Shown: piece after piece, positions 1 to 15,933 of the stretch
Numbering within the stretch: position 1 is the first letter of the stretch
How the letters are laid out: each line of letters begins with the position of its first letter
NCBI RefSeq assembly: GCF_011745625.1
Contig: NW_027191454.1
Location: 124,001 to 188,000 of the forward strand
Length of the DNA stretch: 64,000 nt
Direction of reading: 5' to 3'
From: Cladosporium halotolerans
Taxonomy: Eukaryota
Notes under the pieces: model-generated
Told to the model about the DNA's origin: nothing
What the model saw: only the letters and a program-made list of their open reading frames with translations
The model's database searches: none
Made by a program: the position numbers and the translations under genes

Positions 1-622
1 CCAGCCTGAGCAAGGCATATATTCCAAGTCCCGGGAGATGCCTACGTCGTGCTACCGAAGGAGGTGATAGAAGTGGCGGTGAAGCAATAGGCACATCACC
101 CAACTCCACGCCTTTCGCCCTGGCGCATGGTGGCGTTTCACTCAGGTACAGTCAGGTTGCCACTGGAATCGGCGGCGGACCAAAGCCGACGCGGCGACAC
201 GTGAGAGCGCGAGCAGCAGTGAAGTGAAGGCCAGGCAGCCGTCAGACGCGCGCTCTCGCCAGACGTGGCTTATTGATTAGATATTGATTAAGCTTCCCGG
301 ACCTTCCACCGCTTTCCACTCGACTGTGCCCGTCACTCTTGTCGCGAGATAGCAGCGAGTGAGCGTCGGCGCCTCAGGCCGACGTGGCCCAAGCACGGAT
401 GCAGTGACGCCAACCGACCTCCAAAGCTGTTCATCACCACTTGCGTTCGCTGCACGTAGCTTCACCATCCACAACCACCACACTACTCCTCCCCACAACA
501 CTTTCCTTCCCCATCAACATCAAGGTCGCCCACCTGCACCTTGATCCACCACTCACTCGCCGGCAAACTCTACCGCCGCGCACCTTCCGCCCGTAGTCAC
601 GGCAAACAAGCATACATCGTAA

Positions 623-3278
<2,656 letters not shown>

Positions 3279-3984
3279 AATCGTGCACGAACGCCACGAC
3301 ATGACCTAATCCGCCGCTGAGCCCCTTTGGGGTTAATGATCGGAAATCGGAAGAAACACAAATGCATTCAAGCGCGTCTTCGGACTGGGAGTGCGAGATG
3401 GGGATAGATTGTTTCAACTAGGCTACTTTTCCTTTTAACCACTTTATGAGGGCTCCAGCCCGCCTGGCTTTCTCGCTTTCCTGCGAAGGATCGAGGGCTG
3501 CCGGGAGCGTTATATAGGAGTTCCGTGTGACACTACATGTTGCGCGCGAGCCTTGATTGAATCGGTCTGAGATTATCTTGCTTTATACCTCGTCTCGGCT
3601 CGAATTCGTTCCAGTTTAGTCAGAGGCCTTGCCAGCCAGGGTTGCCTTTCACTTGCAAAGTCAAATGCACTCCAAATGCCTAGCTCATAAGCGTTGTATT
3701 GTTCCGCATCCTCCGCGTGAGGATCGTCATAATCGGACACGAGATCTGGGTACAGGTTTGTAGAAAGAAAAACAGATGAAAAGGTCATGCATTGGCTTTT
3801 ACTCCATATTTTCATGCTCTTTATTCTTACAGAGTCCAGTCGCTCGTGAGCTTCCCAATAAATGCTCGGTGCCACCCACGGCAAATCAACACTGCACATC
3901 CATGCTCTCACACAATCCTCCACACGCTCTTCACCTCCACATGTGCAAAAATCCCTTTCCTCCATAAGTTTGGCCCCACGTCCT

Positions 3985-4966
3985 CTACGCCTGCCTGCTC
4001 TTCGTCCTCCCGCTGCCAACCCTCTTCGCCTCGGGGCGCTGCAGGTGGCCGGCGGGGATCCAGCTCTGGTCGTAGGTCTTGGCGCCGGAGGTGACGGCCG
4101 GGCCGTCGGCGCCGACGACGGACACCTGGTCGGCCGGGTCGACCTTCTTGGTCTGGCCGGAGGAGCGCTGCGCGCGCTCGCCGCCCTTGCCGCCGCGGCG
4201 CTTCTGCGGGAAGAGCGTCGTGATCCAGGTGGTGTAGATGAAGTAGCAGGTGCCGCCGAACGCGGCGGCGAGGAAGAGGTAGAGGAAGATGCTGTTGTTG
4301 TCACGTCAGAAAGGTTCTCGCTTTGCAGCACGCATTGGACACAAAACTCACATCTGCGGGTCGAAGAAGCTGATGGGCGCCTCGACGATGCTGACGGTCT
4401 CGTTGTAGACCTGCTGGGTGTAGATCTGGCCGGCGGAGCTCTGGAGGACGGCGGCGAGGTTGAGGCGCAGGTCCTGCGGGTGCATCTCGGTTGCGAAGGA
4501 GTAGGTGAGGCTCTCGCGCTCGCCGGCGGGGATGGAGACGCCGTAGCGCTGCGCGGTCAGGTTGCGCAGGATGACGGGCACCTCGGGCGCGCCGGGCACG
4601 TCGACCGGCGTCGTCAGCGAGCCGCCCACGATCAGCACCTGCACCGCCTCGGGCTCCTGGTTGTGCACGTCGAGCACCGCGCGCGTCGGGTGCCCGTTGA
4701 CCAGCTTCACGCCGAAGATCTCGGACTGCGGGAAGGAGGTCGAGATATCGACGTGCAGGTTGGGCGTCTGCTGCTGGGCCGGCTGCTCGACATCGTCCTT
4801 GATCTCTTCGACCTGAAAGTAGGCGGGTGAGTAACGGAATAGCTGGAGAGGGTGTGGATGGGATTTTTGTAGCATGACATACCTCGATCCCATCGGGGAT
4901 CTGAGCAACGGCGCCAAGGGCGTGGAAGGCCGCGAGAGCGAGCGAGGTGAGCTTGAGAGAGACCAT
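3985..4966 (-). CDS. IRC22: Translocon-associated protein alpha (TRAP-alpha / Irc22-like), 3 exons
   Basis: Signal peptide MVSLKLTSLALAAFHALG. Lumenal domain FGVKLVNGHPT...RNLTAQRY...YSFATEMHPQDLRL...YNETVSIVEAPISFFDPQ, then a TM segment and the tail DQSWIPAGHLQRPEAKR..SRQA*. Two GT-AG introns. Confidence 0.9.
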
Positions 4967-5744
4967 TGTGCTATGCTTGCTCGTGTGCTGGGAGTGCTCG
5001 ACGAGGTGGTGCAATAGTGGTGGAAGATATGACTTCAAGTTGTCGCACGCCAATGCCCGCAAGCTGTCCTTCGCACGAGTCAGGCCGGTCTCCACAGCTT
5101 TCCCCAGCCTCGGCGCCGTCAGTGTGCAGAACAGCCTGGAACAGGCCAGATGCGATGCTCGCTTCTAGCGCTCGTGTCCTTGGATAAACGCTGCAATACG
5201 TGTTCAAAATATCTCGACAAGTGGATGTGCTCGGGCGGATGATATCGTGTGAAAGCAGCTCCAGGAGACGGCTCCGCTATCGACACGACAATCGACTAGC
5301 CCCACGTACTCCCCTGGCCTCATCAAGATGCGGCGAACCAAGCAGTCACCCACAGATATGGGTACATCATGATGCACGATAGAGGGGTTCTTACGAGCGT
5401 AACGGACATGCTGGCCGAGATCCAACGGGCCGGGAGGAGTCATCAATTCATCACTCTGGAAGCTGGTAAAATAATAGATCGCCATGAACAGGTTGAGATC
5501 GAAGTGTTTGTTCACGAGAACTTGATTTGGTATCATAAAGTGATTAACTTAGGTCAAAGTATCATCATACAATCATGAAAATTTCCACCGCCATCCCAGG
5601 ACCCATCAATCCGTTCGACTGAGAGTTCAAGAAACTCAGGTGGGTATCCAGTCTTAGCCAAAGCGAAGCTCTCCCAGGAGAGAGCTATGCATGTCGAGTT
5701 GGGTTGTGGTGGGAGTGCGCCGGATGCTCAGGCGGGAAAGAACT

Positions 5745-6160
5745 CTATTTCTTGCCCATGCCGAGGGCGTCCTGGGCGGACTGGGCGGCGTTGCCGAGGG
5801 TCTGCGAGGCAGAGTCGAGGACGCCCTGGCCCTGCTTGGAGGCGTCGTTGTTGGTGCCGGAGACGGCGTCAGAGGCCTTCTGGCCCATGCCCTTCTCGCC
5901 GGCTGTTCGATTGTTAGTATGTGATCTTATATTCCTAAGGAGAATGGAGTGGGTTGACGTACAAGGCTGGACGGAGCCGGCGACGTTGTCGGCGGTGTTC
6001 TTGACGGAGTCACCAGCCTGCTCAAGGCCAGACTTCTGGCTGTCGGGCTTGAGGGCCGAAGTGGCCTTGTCAGTGGTGGATTGGCGGCTGTAGCTGTGTT
6101 AGTCACGTTGATACGCGAATAGATTCAGTTGCGCGGATGCACATACAAAGTGTCAGACAT
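5745..6160 (-). CDS. HSP12: Hsp9/Hsp12-like LEA-type stress protein, 3 exons
   Basis: Spliced product MSDTFRQSTTDKATSALKPDSQKSGLEQAGDSVKNTADNVAGSVQPSGEKGMGQKASDA...GMGKK*. The KPDSQKS motif is typical of Hsp12. Introns GTATGT..CAG and GTACGT..CAG have CTAAC branch points. Confidence 0.9.
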
Positions 6161-6261
6161 GTTGTCGGTGATGTGGTTTGTTGTTGATAAGTCGAGTGAT
6201 AGATGAGATGTTTGTGTTTGGTAGTTCCGAATATTGGGAGCAATGGCAGGTAGGAACACTT

Positions 6262-6328
6262 CTTATAGACGACCCTGAGTAAATAGAGGTCCAGAGCAGT
6301 GACGATGAGGGAGGAATGATTGACGTCA
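6262..6328 (-). promoter_or_regulatory. HSP12 promoter: TATA-like TATAAG (~6262-6267) and palindromic ATF/CRE site TGACGTCA (6321-6328)
   Basis: Motifs lie 100-170 bp upstream of the HSP12 ATG. A CRE fits known Atf1/AtfA control of fungal stress genes. Confidence 0.5.
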
Positions 6329-7297
6329 GAGGGCTTTGCAGCAGCTTGCAGGCTTGTGAACGATGGCCTGCTGCCTAAGTTGGGCCAGTCAGTGCGACCG
6401 AGTTCTCGGCCCTTAGCGGGGTAAACAAGTGGCTCGTAGCTCATTCAGACGAATCACCGGCTAAGGACCTCGCGGTCACATGCATCCCTTCAGAGGCGCC
6501 CGCGTTCGAGCCACCGCCAAACAAGATGGAGCTCTCCTGCTACTACGTAGATATGACGATGCGAAGGCACGCTGCACGCCCTGGGTCAGATCATGCTGGC
6601 GCGGCTGGGCGATCCCTTTCCGTCTGAACACGTATTGTGAACACGTATTGTAAGGCATTGGCGAGGGATGCCTCAGGAGCGGAGAGCCCTGGTTGCTTCC
6701 CTCAGTACCTGCGTTACCTAAGGGGAGCCAGCGCGATGATTGATTCGAACGGACTTGTTTCGATGGTAGGTGCTTGGCATGTTGTGGTTGGACTGGATAT
6801 TCAACCGATCAAATTGGCACCTAAGTGAGATCAATCTTAGCTGGAACGTGGCATCGGACTCCGCTCCGGAAGATCGAGAGTAGGCCATCTGGCTTCCATG
6901 GAATCAGGGAATTGGCAGTCGTCCGCTGTCTAACAGCAAACAAGAGGCCGGGTTGTGCCTCGACGAAGCAATGTGGATAGCAGTGGCAGAATAAAAGCAC
7001 ATGATTGTTGCAAATGAAGGCGACCATTCACCCGGGTTTCAAAGATTGTCGATCTGCGGAAGGTCGACGCTTGCTCGCCCGTTGAAACAGGTTCATGCAA
7101 TGCCGCCGCATGTCAGCAAAGCTGTGTCGGATACTCGAGGCGCATCTCAACGAACCCTTTGGCGACAATCAGTCATCCTCGCGCCGCAGCTCTTAGAGGC
7201 AATAGGTTGCCTTCAATAAGAATTGTCTGCCCAGATGAATGAGGTGGCTGGACGGAGTAGAGCAAGACCTTTAGCTATACTCGCAGGCCTTCACATG

Positions 7298-8149
7298 TCA
7301 GAATTTTAATATGACCAAAGATTTGTAATAAAATGTGAACCTGGTTAGATGTTGGCCCGACCGAGGTTTTCCACGACTTTGATCGAACGACGCAGCGCAG
7401 ATCCCGTGAATCGCCCCAGGAACACCGGGTGCTGAAGTTTGGCCAGAGACAAGCCAGAGTGCGCCCAGAATTTTGGCTACCAGGCATTTGTTCAGGTTCG
7501 AGTCTCGAGAGCTCAGCTCTGGATTGAGCTCTTCCTCGGGCTTGTTGAGGTACTTTCCACAGTGAAACAACGCATTTCCACCGATTCCATATCACTGAGA
7601 CTGGAGGAAAGTACTACGGATGTTACGTCCAATCTCTTGGAAAGGGATGTCTTGCAAAGGCATTCCCGCGCAGCCAGATGTAATGTAACGGTGCAAGAGG
7701 TACTCCATCAGGCCCAGGGCAGCTGCAAGGCTCCAGAAGTCCCACGGAAGTGTTCCACATGTCGGAAACACCTCGCAATTCACTGTGAGTATCGGCTCCG
7801 GCAATCACGGTGCGAATTGGAGGCTGGTGTATTGAGCAGATAAGAATCCCAACCTTAGGACCGGGAAGATTGATCATTTCGCGGAGTCGGGTACATTTCT
7901 CACATTTGCGTGTCAAGTGAGAGGATGACATGGACGAGATCAGCGGTGTACTCACTCATGACTGAGATTGACGTTTCTGAATAGGAACCTCCTCCGACCC
8001 AACAGTGTCGCATGAATGTAGTAGCGAAGAATTGAGTTGGGAATTGTCGGAGGAAGCCACCTTTCCGACAAGAAGGGCCAATAGCTTCGAGAGATAAGCA
8101 GTCCGTGGGAGAAGATCCGAGGCGCAGGCAGATCTTTAGGGTCGCTCAA
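7298..8149 (-). pseudogene. Possible decayed gene, weakly RNase III-like
   Basis: ORFs 7592-7804 and 7298-7570 share a frame, split by one TGA. Segments FLFRNVNLSHE (followed by a GTGAGT donor) and VAKILGALWLVSGQ loosely resemble the F.N..LL.EA and EAILGAVWLDSG motifs of small fungal RNase III proteins. Confidence 0.25.
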
Positions 8150-11100
8150 CGTGGCGTTGCCGTTCGTTCAAATTCATGTGTCACTGCGTGCAATGCTCTG
8201 TTCCTCTGTCATGAGCGTTCAACGCTTACTGCCGGCCGGACTCTCGTGCGTACTTTGCTCCGAGTGACGGAAGAATTCGATCGCCTCCCCGCGCCTAAGC
8301 GACGAATGAGGCATGGTTAGAATGTCATCACAATGCGAAAGCCCTACAACCCCATAGCGCCATGATCTTGTAAAGTCCAAGCGCGCACGGCGCGGCAGTT
8401 GCTCGCTTCGCGTGCGTTTCCGTGGTGGGCACAAATGGAGATGGCAATCTTTGAGCTATCGCACGACCTCGGCTCATCTTTGGCAAAATCTATCGTGGCG
8501 TAAGGCCACCTCCGTCGGAGTGCGGTCCCACCTGCCACCCGGCGCAGGGGCCACAAAGGACGGCGAAGAGGCTCGTATGTAGATCTGGATTGTAGGACGT
8601 ACGTTCTGCGTTCATCCATGTCTAGTCGTCCACGATCGCATTTCTCCGCCGTCAAAACCAATGAACAGCGGCCAAAAACAATGAGGCAGCGGGGAATGCC
8701 GTGACGGCAGTCTAAGGGGAGTGAGGGTCCAAGGACAGCGATTGAACTCAATTGAGTCGGAGTCGCGTAGACGACAAACTGTGCGTATAGGAACGTTTGG
8801 GCTGAGCGATACCGGTCGACAATGACCCGTATGAGCTCTCTGCGGCGTCGCGTGTGTATGCAAGCTTGGATGAACTATTATCCTTCTGAGCGCCAGGCAT
8901 TACTGTCGAACGAATACCCGAGGGTTTGACGACGGGTTCCTGAGCAGCGAGAGACATGCTGGCATCGTCCCTGTAGAAGGTCCATCGGTGTAGGAGGCAC
9001 CTCCGAAATCAACGTCACTCTTTTCTTGGAAGCCTCATGATTGCAGATCGGTAGTACGTGTAGACCTTCGACAATCCGAAAGTCACAATACGAGTACATG
9101 TAAAATTGTACGAAGTCGTCGTACTGACACGGAGCCTTCGAAGCGTTGAACCGGATCGATCGCGGAGCTCCTGCCTACTCGGCTTCAAAAAGCATCTGTT
9201 GGGGCGTGGCTGTAGTCTACGGTAATGCAAATGCTATAGAGATTTCGTGCTAGCGTTCGTCTTCACGATGTTGGAACGACCAATCAGGGGCGCCGCGGCG
9301 TCACTGACGTCTGCCGCGAAAGGTAAAGTTTTGCTACCACGTTGATTATGGTTTGCGTAGCCGGGCTAAATGCGTGTCTAGCTGTTAAGCTTGACACAAC
9401 ATCCGATGGGACTTACGTCAGGTCAAGAAAGATCCGCAGAGCCGTACGCTTACGGACAACAGAGTTTCGAGATCATAAAATTCGCACGTGGCGAATACGC
9501 AAGAGTACACCAGTGGATACAAGGTTGCACCGACTGGCGTCTTCGCAATGGACCGAGCAATCCTGGCGTTGCGATGTACTCAAAGTACCCGTTATATCCG
9601 GTCTCCAGCGTGTGGTCGATACACGCGGCGTGTGCTGCCTCTGGAGCACGGCACGACCTTCTCTTGAGACGCTCTCCACAGAACGGCAGCAATTTGCGTT
9701 TTCTCCGGCGTGGATCAAGCGAGAGCGCGTTGCCGGGAATACTTCGCAGCGGGCATGAGGCGCAGTGGTTTGTGGAGATGGAGCAGACCCACCGCTGCTC
9801 AAGCCACGCATGAGGCGGCGTGGCTGATTTGCCACACCGTTGCCCATGCGCGAAGCTGCCGCGCCGTAGCCCATCGTTCGTCCGTCAAAGCAGGGAACGT
9901 CTGGGAAACAGTTTTCGCTTACGGCCAGTCCGAAATGCTGCCCGCTGCTCGACGCGCTCGGCGGCAGGCAGATCGCGAGATCGCAGCGAGTTGCGGCGGG
10001 TCTGACGCTGCGGCCGCGTTCGAGAGCTGCGTTCGAGAGCGGTCGAGCGCAGGCCCAGATGCCCGGCGGCGAGCAGCGCTGCAGCGCCCTCGGCACCTCC
10101 CTTATGCACACAAGAGGCGCAGCACGGCAGTCTGGCGGCTGGAAGCGCCGCCGCCAGCAGCGAGCAGAGGCTCGCAGCAGAAGCGCCGGCTGCGAGCCGA
10201 CAGACCCTCCGCCCAGCCGCTCTTCCGGATCCTCTGCGCCTTGCCCACCGGGTAGGGCACCCCTAGACCGTGCCACACGTCAAGGATTCACGACTAGCAC
10301 ACCGGCCGATCTGGAACCGTTGGATCTTGGTGTCGCGACTCCTGACTGGTCGAGACACTACTGTTCCCTTAGTACCGGACATTATGCTTGTGCAGGTGCG
10401 GCTAATGTGTAGAAGCCACGAAGCCACCGCAAAGCAAAACCGCAACCACGCATCTCAATGGCGTTTCGACTGGTCTCTCCTCCTTGGGTGTCGCGTCTAG
10501 CTGCCTGAGCGTGTCTGCAGAGGCATCGCGGAGTCAGGGCTTGGTGGAAGCCCTCGAGCTGATCATATGCACGCGAATCCAGGCGACTCCAGCCAAGAGA
10601 GGGCCTCTTGGGCCCGACTAGTGCGTCCAGAGATCCATGCCAAACCCCCTGTCGAGAGTCCGGCACCGACCAATCCAGTCTTTGAATCTCCATGTGGGCT
10701 CTTTAGGGAGATGTACACACGACACCCAACGCCGGTATTGCCACCGTAGGCCCGCATCCAGTCCTTGACGCGTTGCGCGCATCATTACTCCATCAGTCGA
10801 GGAGCAGTGCCCTTCGGCGAGTCCGGCTCTCTATCTCAGCAGTAGTGGGCCCGCTGGCCAGGTGGGACGACCGGCTCAATTGCTTCGTCCAGACGTTATG
10901 CATACCGAAAAACCCATGATTCCATGCTAAATGTGTTTCGGGTCTATCAGCACCTGCCCGGTCCCTGTATCTCGCTACGTGCCCTGCCGAACACCTTGCT
11001 CGCGGCCACTTAAGGTTTGGTCACGATCTGTCACGTTGGGTCTCCCGTTGGCTCGTTCCTGCACTCCTGCCACTGCTGGAGTCGATCTTACATATCCGGA

Positions 11101-11584
11101 GCCGCACCTCACTCACGTGGCGTCCAGCTTAATCTGCCACTCTGCTTGTGTGGCTGCCCAGCACGTCCACATTCGTCATCCGCCTCCTTCGACTTGACCC
11201 GCCCCGAGCACTGGTACTTTTCCAATCCTGCAATGGTGCTTTGCACCGCACAGCCCATCTCAGCATTTCACAGCGGCTCATCAAGGCTGCGGGACTGCCC
11301 ATCAAGCGCAGAACCCCAAGCGCACATCAAAAAAGTATGTCCACCCATCTGCCGCCCTTTGGGACCGCGCCGGCTACCGCGACGATGGGAAACGACGCGA
11401 TGTCGCCCACAATCAGCGAACCGCGAGCCCTGGCTCGCGCCAACGTGCCTGCCGGCGGCGGCGCCCCACAGGAATCAGTGTCCCGTGTCCAAAGCGCAGA
11501 CCATCCAAAATAATAACCACGAGATCACAGCTTTCGACATTCGACCCAGACCTAACCCTACATTCCCCGGTTGCTGACAGCAGC

Positions 11585-12800
11585 ATGTCGGACTCCGAGG
11601 ACAAGAAGCGCAACAAGCTGGGATACCAAAGGATCTCTATCGCATGCGGTATGTCGCCCCTTGCTATCTCACACCTCTTCCGCCCATCGTGCCGTGTCGA
11701 CACGCGCCAGTGGCTTGCATGTTCTCGTGACTCTAATTCGTCGTCCAGCTCATTGTCGCCGGAGGAAGATACGTTGCCTGCTTGCCGAAGGCGATCCCCA
11801 GGAAAGATGCCAGAACTGCATTCGACTCAAGAAGGATTGCGTCTTTTATCCAGTTGACCAGCAGCAAGCCCTCGACAACCGATCACAATCTGGAGTGAAA
11901 CCAGGTCCCGGCTCTCTTCCATCTTCTGCTGTATCACCGTCTCCTCCTGAGCTGGCCTCAGGGAGACCCTTTGAACGCAGCCGTCAATATGGAAGCTTCC
12001 CTTCCCTTCCTTCCCTTCCTTCAAACGCGCCTCCTTCATTCGGCATGCCCCTCGGATCCGGGAGCGCATTGCAGCCTCAAGGCGAGTTCGTGCCGCCATT
12101 TCCTGGCCATGGAGTCCCCAGCTCAGATGGCGTTGGGATCCCACCTTCGGACTACGCTTTTCAGCAAGCGCATGCGGACGGGCAGCGACCATGGGAACAT
12201 GTCAGCGATATGAACTCTCAGACTCCACCTATGCATCGCATGAGAGACAGCATGCAACCTCAATACTGGCGCTCGAGTCCGACGGCTCCAACGGCGGACT
12301 TTGCTCCGTTTCCTAACGGTGGATCTCCCATGTCGCATATGCCTCAAGACCCTTCCTTCCCATACACGGTCCCAAACGCACAGGGGCTGTACCCTTCGCA
12401 TAGCCACAGGTCGACGTCGTACGGTCAGATGCCCGAAGCCGGCCATTCGAGCTACATGCAATCGACTGCCGCATATCCACCTCAGCCGGCGCAAGAGGTT
12501 CAACCGATGCATCACAGCGGCGCAGCGACTTTTCCGCCCGCTGACGGAAGGCACACGCCTGTTATGACGACGGGTCCGGGTCACACTTCTGCACCTGGCG
12601 GAACACCGATCATGCCCTACGGCCAGGCCAATCCATTCATGTTCCAGTCGCAAGGCGCAGTGACAGCTTCGCCCATTCCGGGCCAGCTTCCCTACGGAAC
12701 GAGTCATTGGTACGGTGACAATCCACACTATGCGCAGGCCGATCACGACGGGCGCTCGCCAACAGACCAACGCTCTTTCCCCGGCAAGCAACATCGATAA
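11585..12800 (+). CDS. Zn(II)2Cys6 transcription factor
   Basis: MSDSEDKKRNKLGYQRISIAC, intron 11649-11748, then HCRRRKIRC...RCQNCIRLKKDC (complete six-Cys cluster), followed by a P/S/Q-rich tail. Confidence 0.92.
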
Positions 12801-15748
12801 CACTGGAGAAGCGTCCCATCGAACAAAGGCGCTAGAAGCGCGATATAATGGCGGACTAATACATTTACTCGAGCACATTCACACTTGGTTGTATGGGTTA
12901 GCGTTACGGCCGCTATTAAGAAGATCGGATGCATTGATTACACACACGCATTGAAACGTAGAAAAGAGACGCAATAGCCAGAGGAGCCAGTAAGACCTTG
13001 GTAATGTCAGGTACACAGGCGTGTCAGGTACACAGGCGTACATCGCCGGAGAACGAAGAGACGGAGTCATGGGAAATTTCGAATCGCGTGATTTGCTATT
13101 TTGTTCACACTGTTGGGAGCGAAGGAGGGGTCCGACTTGTTTTCTGGCATAGCGATGATCGGGCAATGGCCAGTCGAGCATTTGCTTCGGATACGACAGG
13201 ACGACGTACAAGACAGAGAAGTCTCTGCGATCATGGGAGCTAGGAGGAGGATTACACATGTTGACGAGGATATGGCGTGGCCCTGTCAAAATGGGCCCGA
13301 CGGATTGCGCGACCGATGGGAACAGGAAGCATCAGATGCACAATCAATGAAAACGCACACAACACGCAAACAATATCATGCAATGGATCTTGCGATCAGG
13401 TACACAGCACTCCATCAACAACCTCATCTATCGATCTAAGCACTCAATCTCGTCGCAACACCAAGACAAAAAAACAATATGACGTAATGCTTATTGAAGC
13501 GATCAAGCACCCTTTGATCGACCGGCAACCAGAGCAGTCAGAACCTGGAGACCCATCACTTTTGGGCCCAAGCACCAGCAATCCTGCCAGTGCCAGTCGG
13601 CTCCTCCGCGGCGCCTTCGCCAGCGGGATACGACCCAACGCGGTTTGGCACCTCCAGGCCACCCCCGGAACGGCATCTCCCATCGCTGACGACAAGAACT
13701 AACGCCCTCCTCTTTGTACATCGCGGCAGGTGACGAGCAACGACACCGCGCCGCTGCAGCCTCAAAACCCCTGCACAAGGAAAACGACAATTTCCCTTTG
13801 GACGCTCAGAAGGAAAAGGAGGCTGCTCGCCGCCGCCGTGTCAGGGCTCGCTCCCAACGCACTCCTCCCTGATCGCTTCCACGCACACCATGATTCATGA
13901 CTATTTGGAAAACCCTCGTCTACGTACAGTAGTGCAAGACAAACCTCATCCAGGGGCTAACGCCAACTACAACAGTCTTGACTCGCGCGTGCACGCACAC
14001 GCTCGCCTCGTAGCGCTCGTAGACGGGGACCAAGCCGAAAAGTAGTCATCAAGAGAGGCGACAAGCAAAGAAAGCCGTTGGCGCTGTGCACTTTGGATCT
14101 GCGACCTGCCAAAAGCGGTAGCCAGCGCGCCTCGCCCAGCGGCGGCCAACGCTACACACGCGAAAGGGAGGGCCATTTTGCGACCTGTCGACTCTTCGCT
14201 CGCGCTGTTACTCGCGCGCTTTTAGCCTCCCCCGATCTCCCCGTGCCGTCCTGTCGCTTTGCCCCACAGCTTTAATCGCCACCAAAGGCCACCAGAGCCG
14301 AGCCGATCGATCGCCTGGCAGCGCGTCGTTTGCGACTTGGCCAATGGCCGGGCAGCTGGGTACGGGCTTCAGCGGGCTCGATGCGCGCGGGCCGCCGGGC
14401 CCCGGCCTCAGACTGGCTGGCTTTGCTGGATCATTTCACTTACATTCAAACTCCATTCGCTCCCGCCGCGCCGCCGTCGTCGCACAGCGCCGTCGCACAG
14501 CGCTTTCGCACGATCATGATGTAAAGACATGTTTCTGCCCTAAACACGCGCCGCGTCCGCTCCTAGAACCTTGACCCGGCCGCGTCAACGCGGAGTGTCG
14601 GCATAGCGCCAAAGGCCACGGCTGTTCTTGCCCTCTCTCGCAGGCAAGACGGCTGTTGACCACGTGCCGGCTGCAGCCAGGGCTTCGCCGGCCGGTTGCG
14701 CGGTTAATCTCTTTGCAGAAGCGACAGCAGCAGAAGTAGCATGATCCTTCGGATGGAGCACTGACTGTTCGGTTGTAGCAGTCACGTACAGTACTGCACA
14801 ATGCAGCAGCCCGCCCTGTCGTCGAATGCAGATCGCCGCGCACCTGTATGTCTCACTGACGCGCGACTCATGCGCAGGACGGTGGCGCAATCGGTCGCCT
14901 CTCAGCCGAGGCGCGCGCTCCAAAAGCACGAAAAAGTGAGCTCGAGCTCGAGCGGAAGAGCACGTGTGGGTCCAGTCGACAGTCCGCCAGTCTGTCCGCC
15001 GCAGCCGGCTCGCAACGGAGTTAGGACTTTCGCTGTTCCCCGTGGCCGTAGAGGCGAGAGACGAGGGAAACAACAGCAAAGGAAACTAACGCGTCGACGA
15101 TCATGGACCGGTGGATGTCGCAGGCGAGAGCAAATCGACCAGGAAGGCAGGCGAGAGGGAGCGAGCGACTCAGCTTCCCTTCGCGCGTCCTCGCGCCTCT
15201 CATCGGACGCCCGCCTGCCCCGGGAACCCTGCAGACCGGACAGACCCAGAAGGCGTTTTGACGGGCGATCAGGGCCCCGCGGGAATCGCCTTTTCGCCTC
15301 TTTTTCGCGGAGCCGTTGGTGGGCTCCGAAGCTGTTCGTTTCGCGGGGATGAGCCACAGTGGGTGCGTGGGTACACCGAGAAAGGCGCCGACGGAGGCAC
15401 GTCCTGTCTGCGATTACATTGTTGCGCGCTGTGGTTGGAGAGGGGATTTGTGGAGAGGGTACTGACAGTTGGATGGCGAAAAGGGTGGCACGGCGGGCGC
15501 CGCACATTGCGTTGACCTTTTTGGACATGAATTGGCGTGCTTCAACGTTTGCTCTGCGTGTTTGCCTCAGGCAGCTTTAATATCGGTGACGGTTGGAGCG
15601 ATGTTGACCGATTGACTCCGTTTGTTACTTTTTGTCGTCGTAACATACGCGCTAGATCCGATCGCAGCATCAGAGATCGCAAAAAATACCATAGCATCAA
15701 AGATGTCAGCGTATCGTCACGCTAAATGGTTCAGGGCCGCCTCGTTGA

Positions 15749-15933
15749 CGTGGCTGCGACGACCCGTTCTCCCATGCCGCACTCCAGCCACGATGTATCA
15801 TGCAACAAGCCTCACGATCCTGTGGCACCAAGAGATCTCGATATTCCATCATGCCTGATGGTCGTGTGGCACCACGTCGATGTGGCTCGCGTGGCTGCGA
15901 CGACTCAACCACCCTTGCCTCACTCCAGCCACG
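15749..15933. repeat. Two 44-bp imperfect direct repeats 141 bp apart, each bounded by the inverted repeat CGTGGCTG/CAGCCACG
   Basis: cgtggctgcgacgacccgttctcccatgccgcactccagccacg (15749-15792) versus cgtggctgcgacgactcaaccacccttgcctcactccagccacg (15890-15933). Confidence 0.75.

Noticed and set aside
3573..3790. Protein-like minus-strand tail (DLVSDYDDPHAEDAEQ...RYKAR) after a pyrimidine tract
   Set aside because: No upstream exon or recognisable domain. It lies between two converging 3' ends.
9342..10760. Overlapping ORFs of 130-270 aa
   Set aside because: No motifs, codon bias or splice structure. Consistent with GC-rich upstream DNA.
12082..12126. Possible GC-AG in-frame intron in the Zn2Cys6 gene
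   Set aside because: No convincing branch point, and the frame is open without it.
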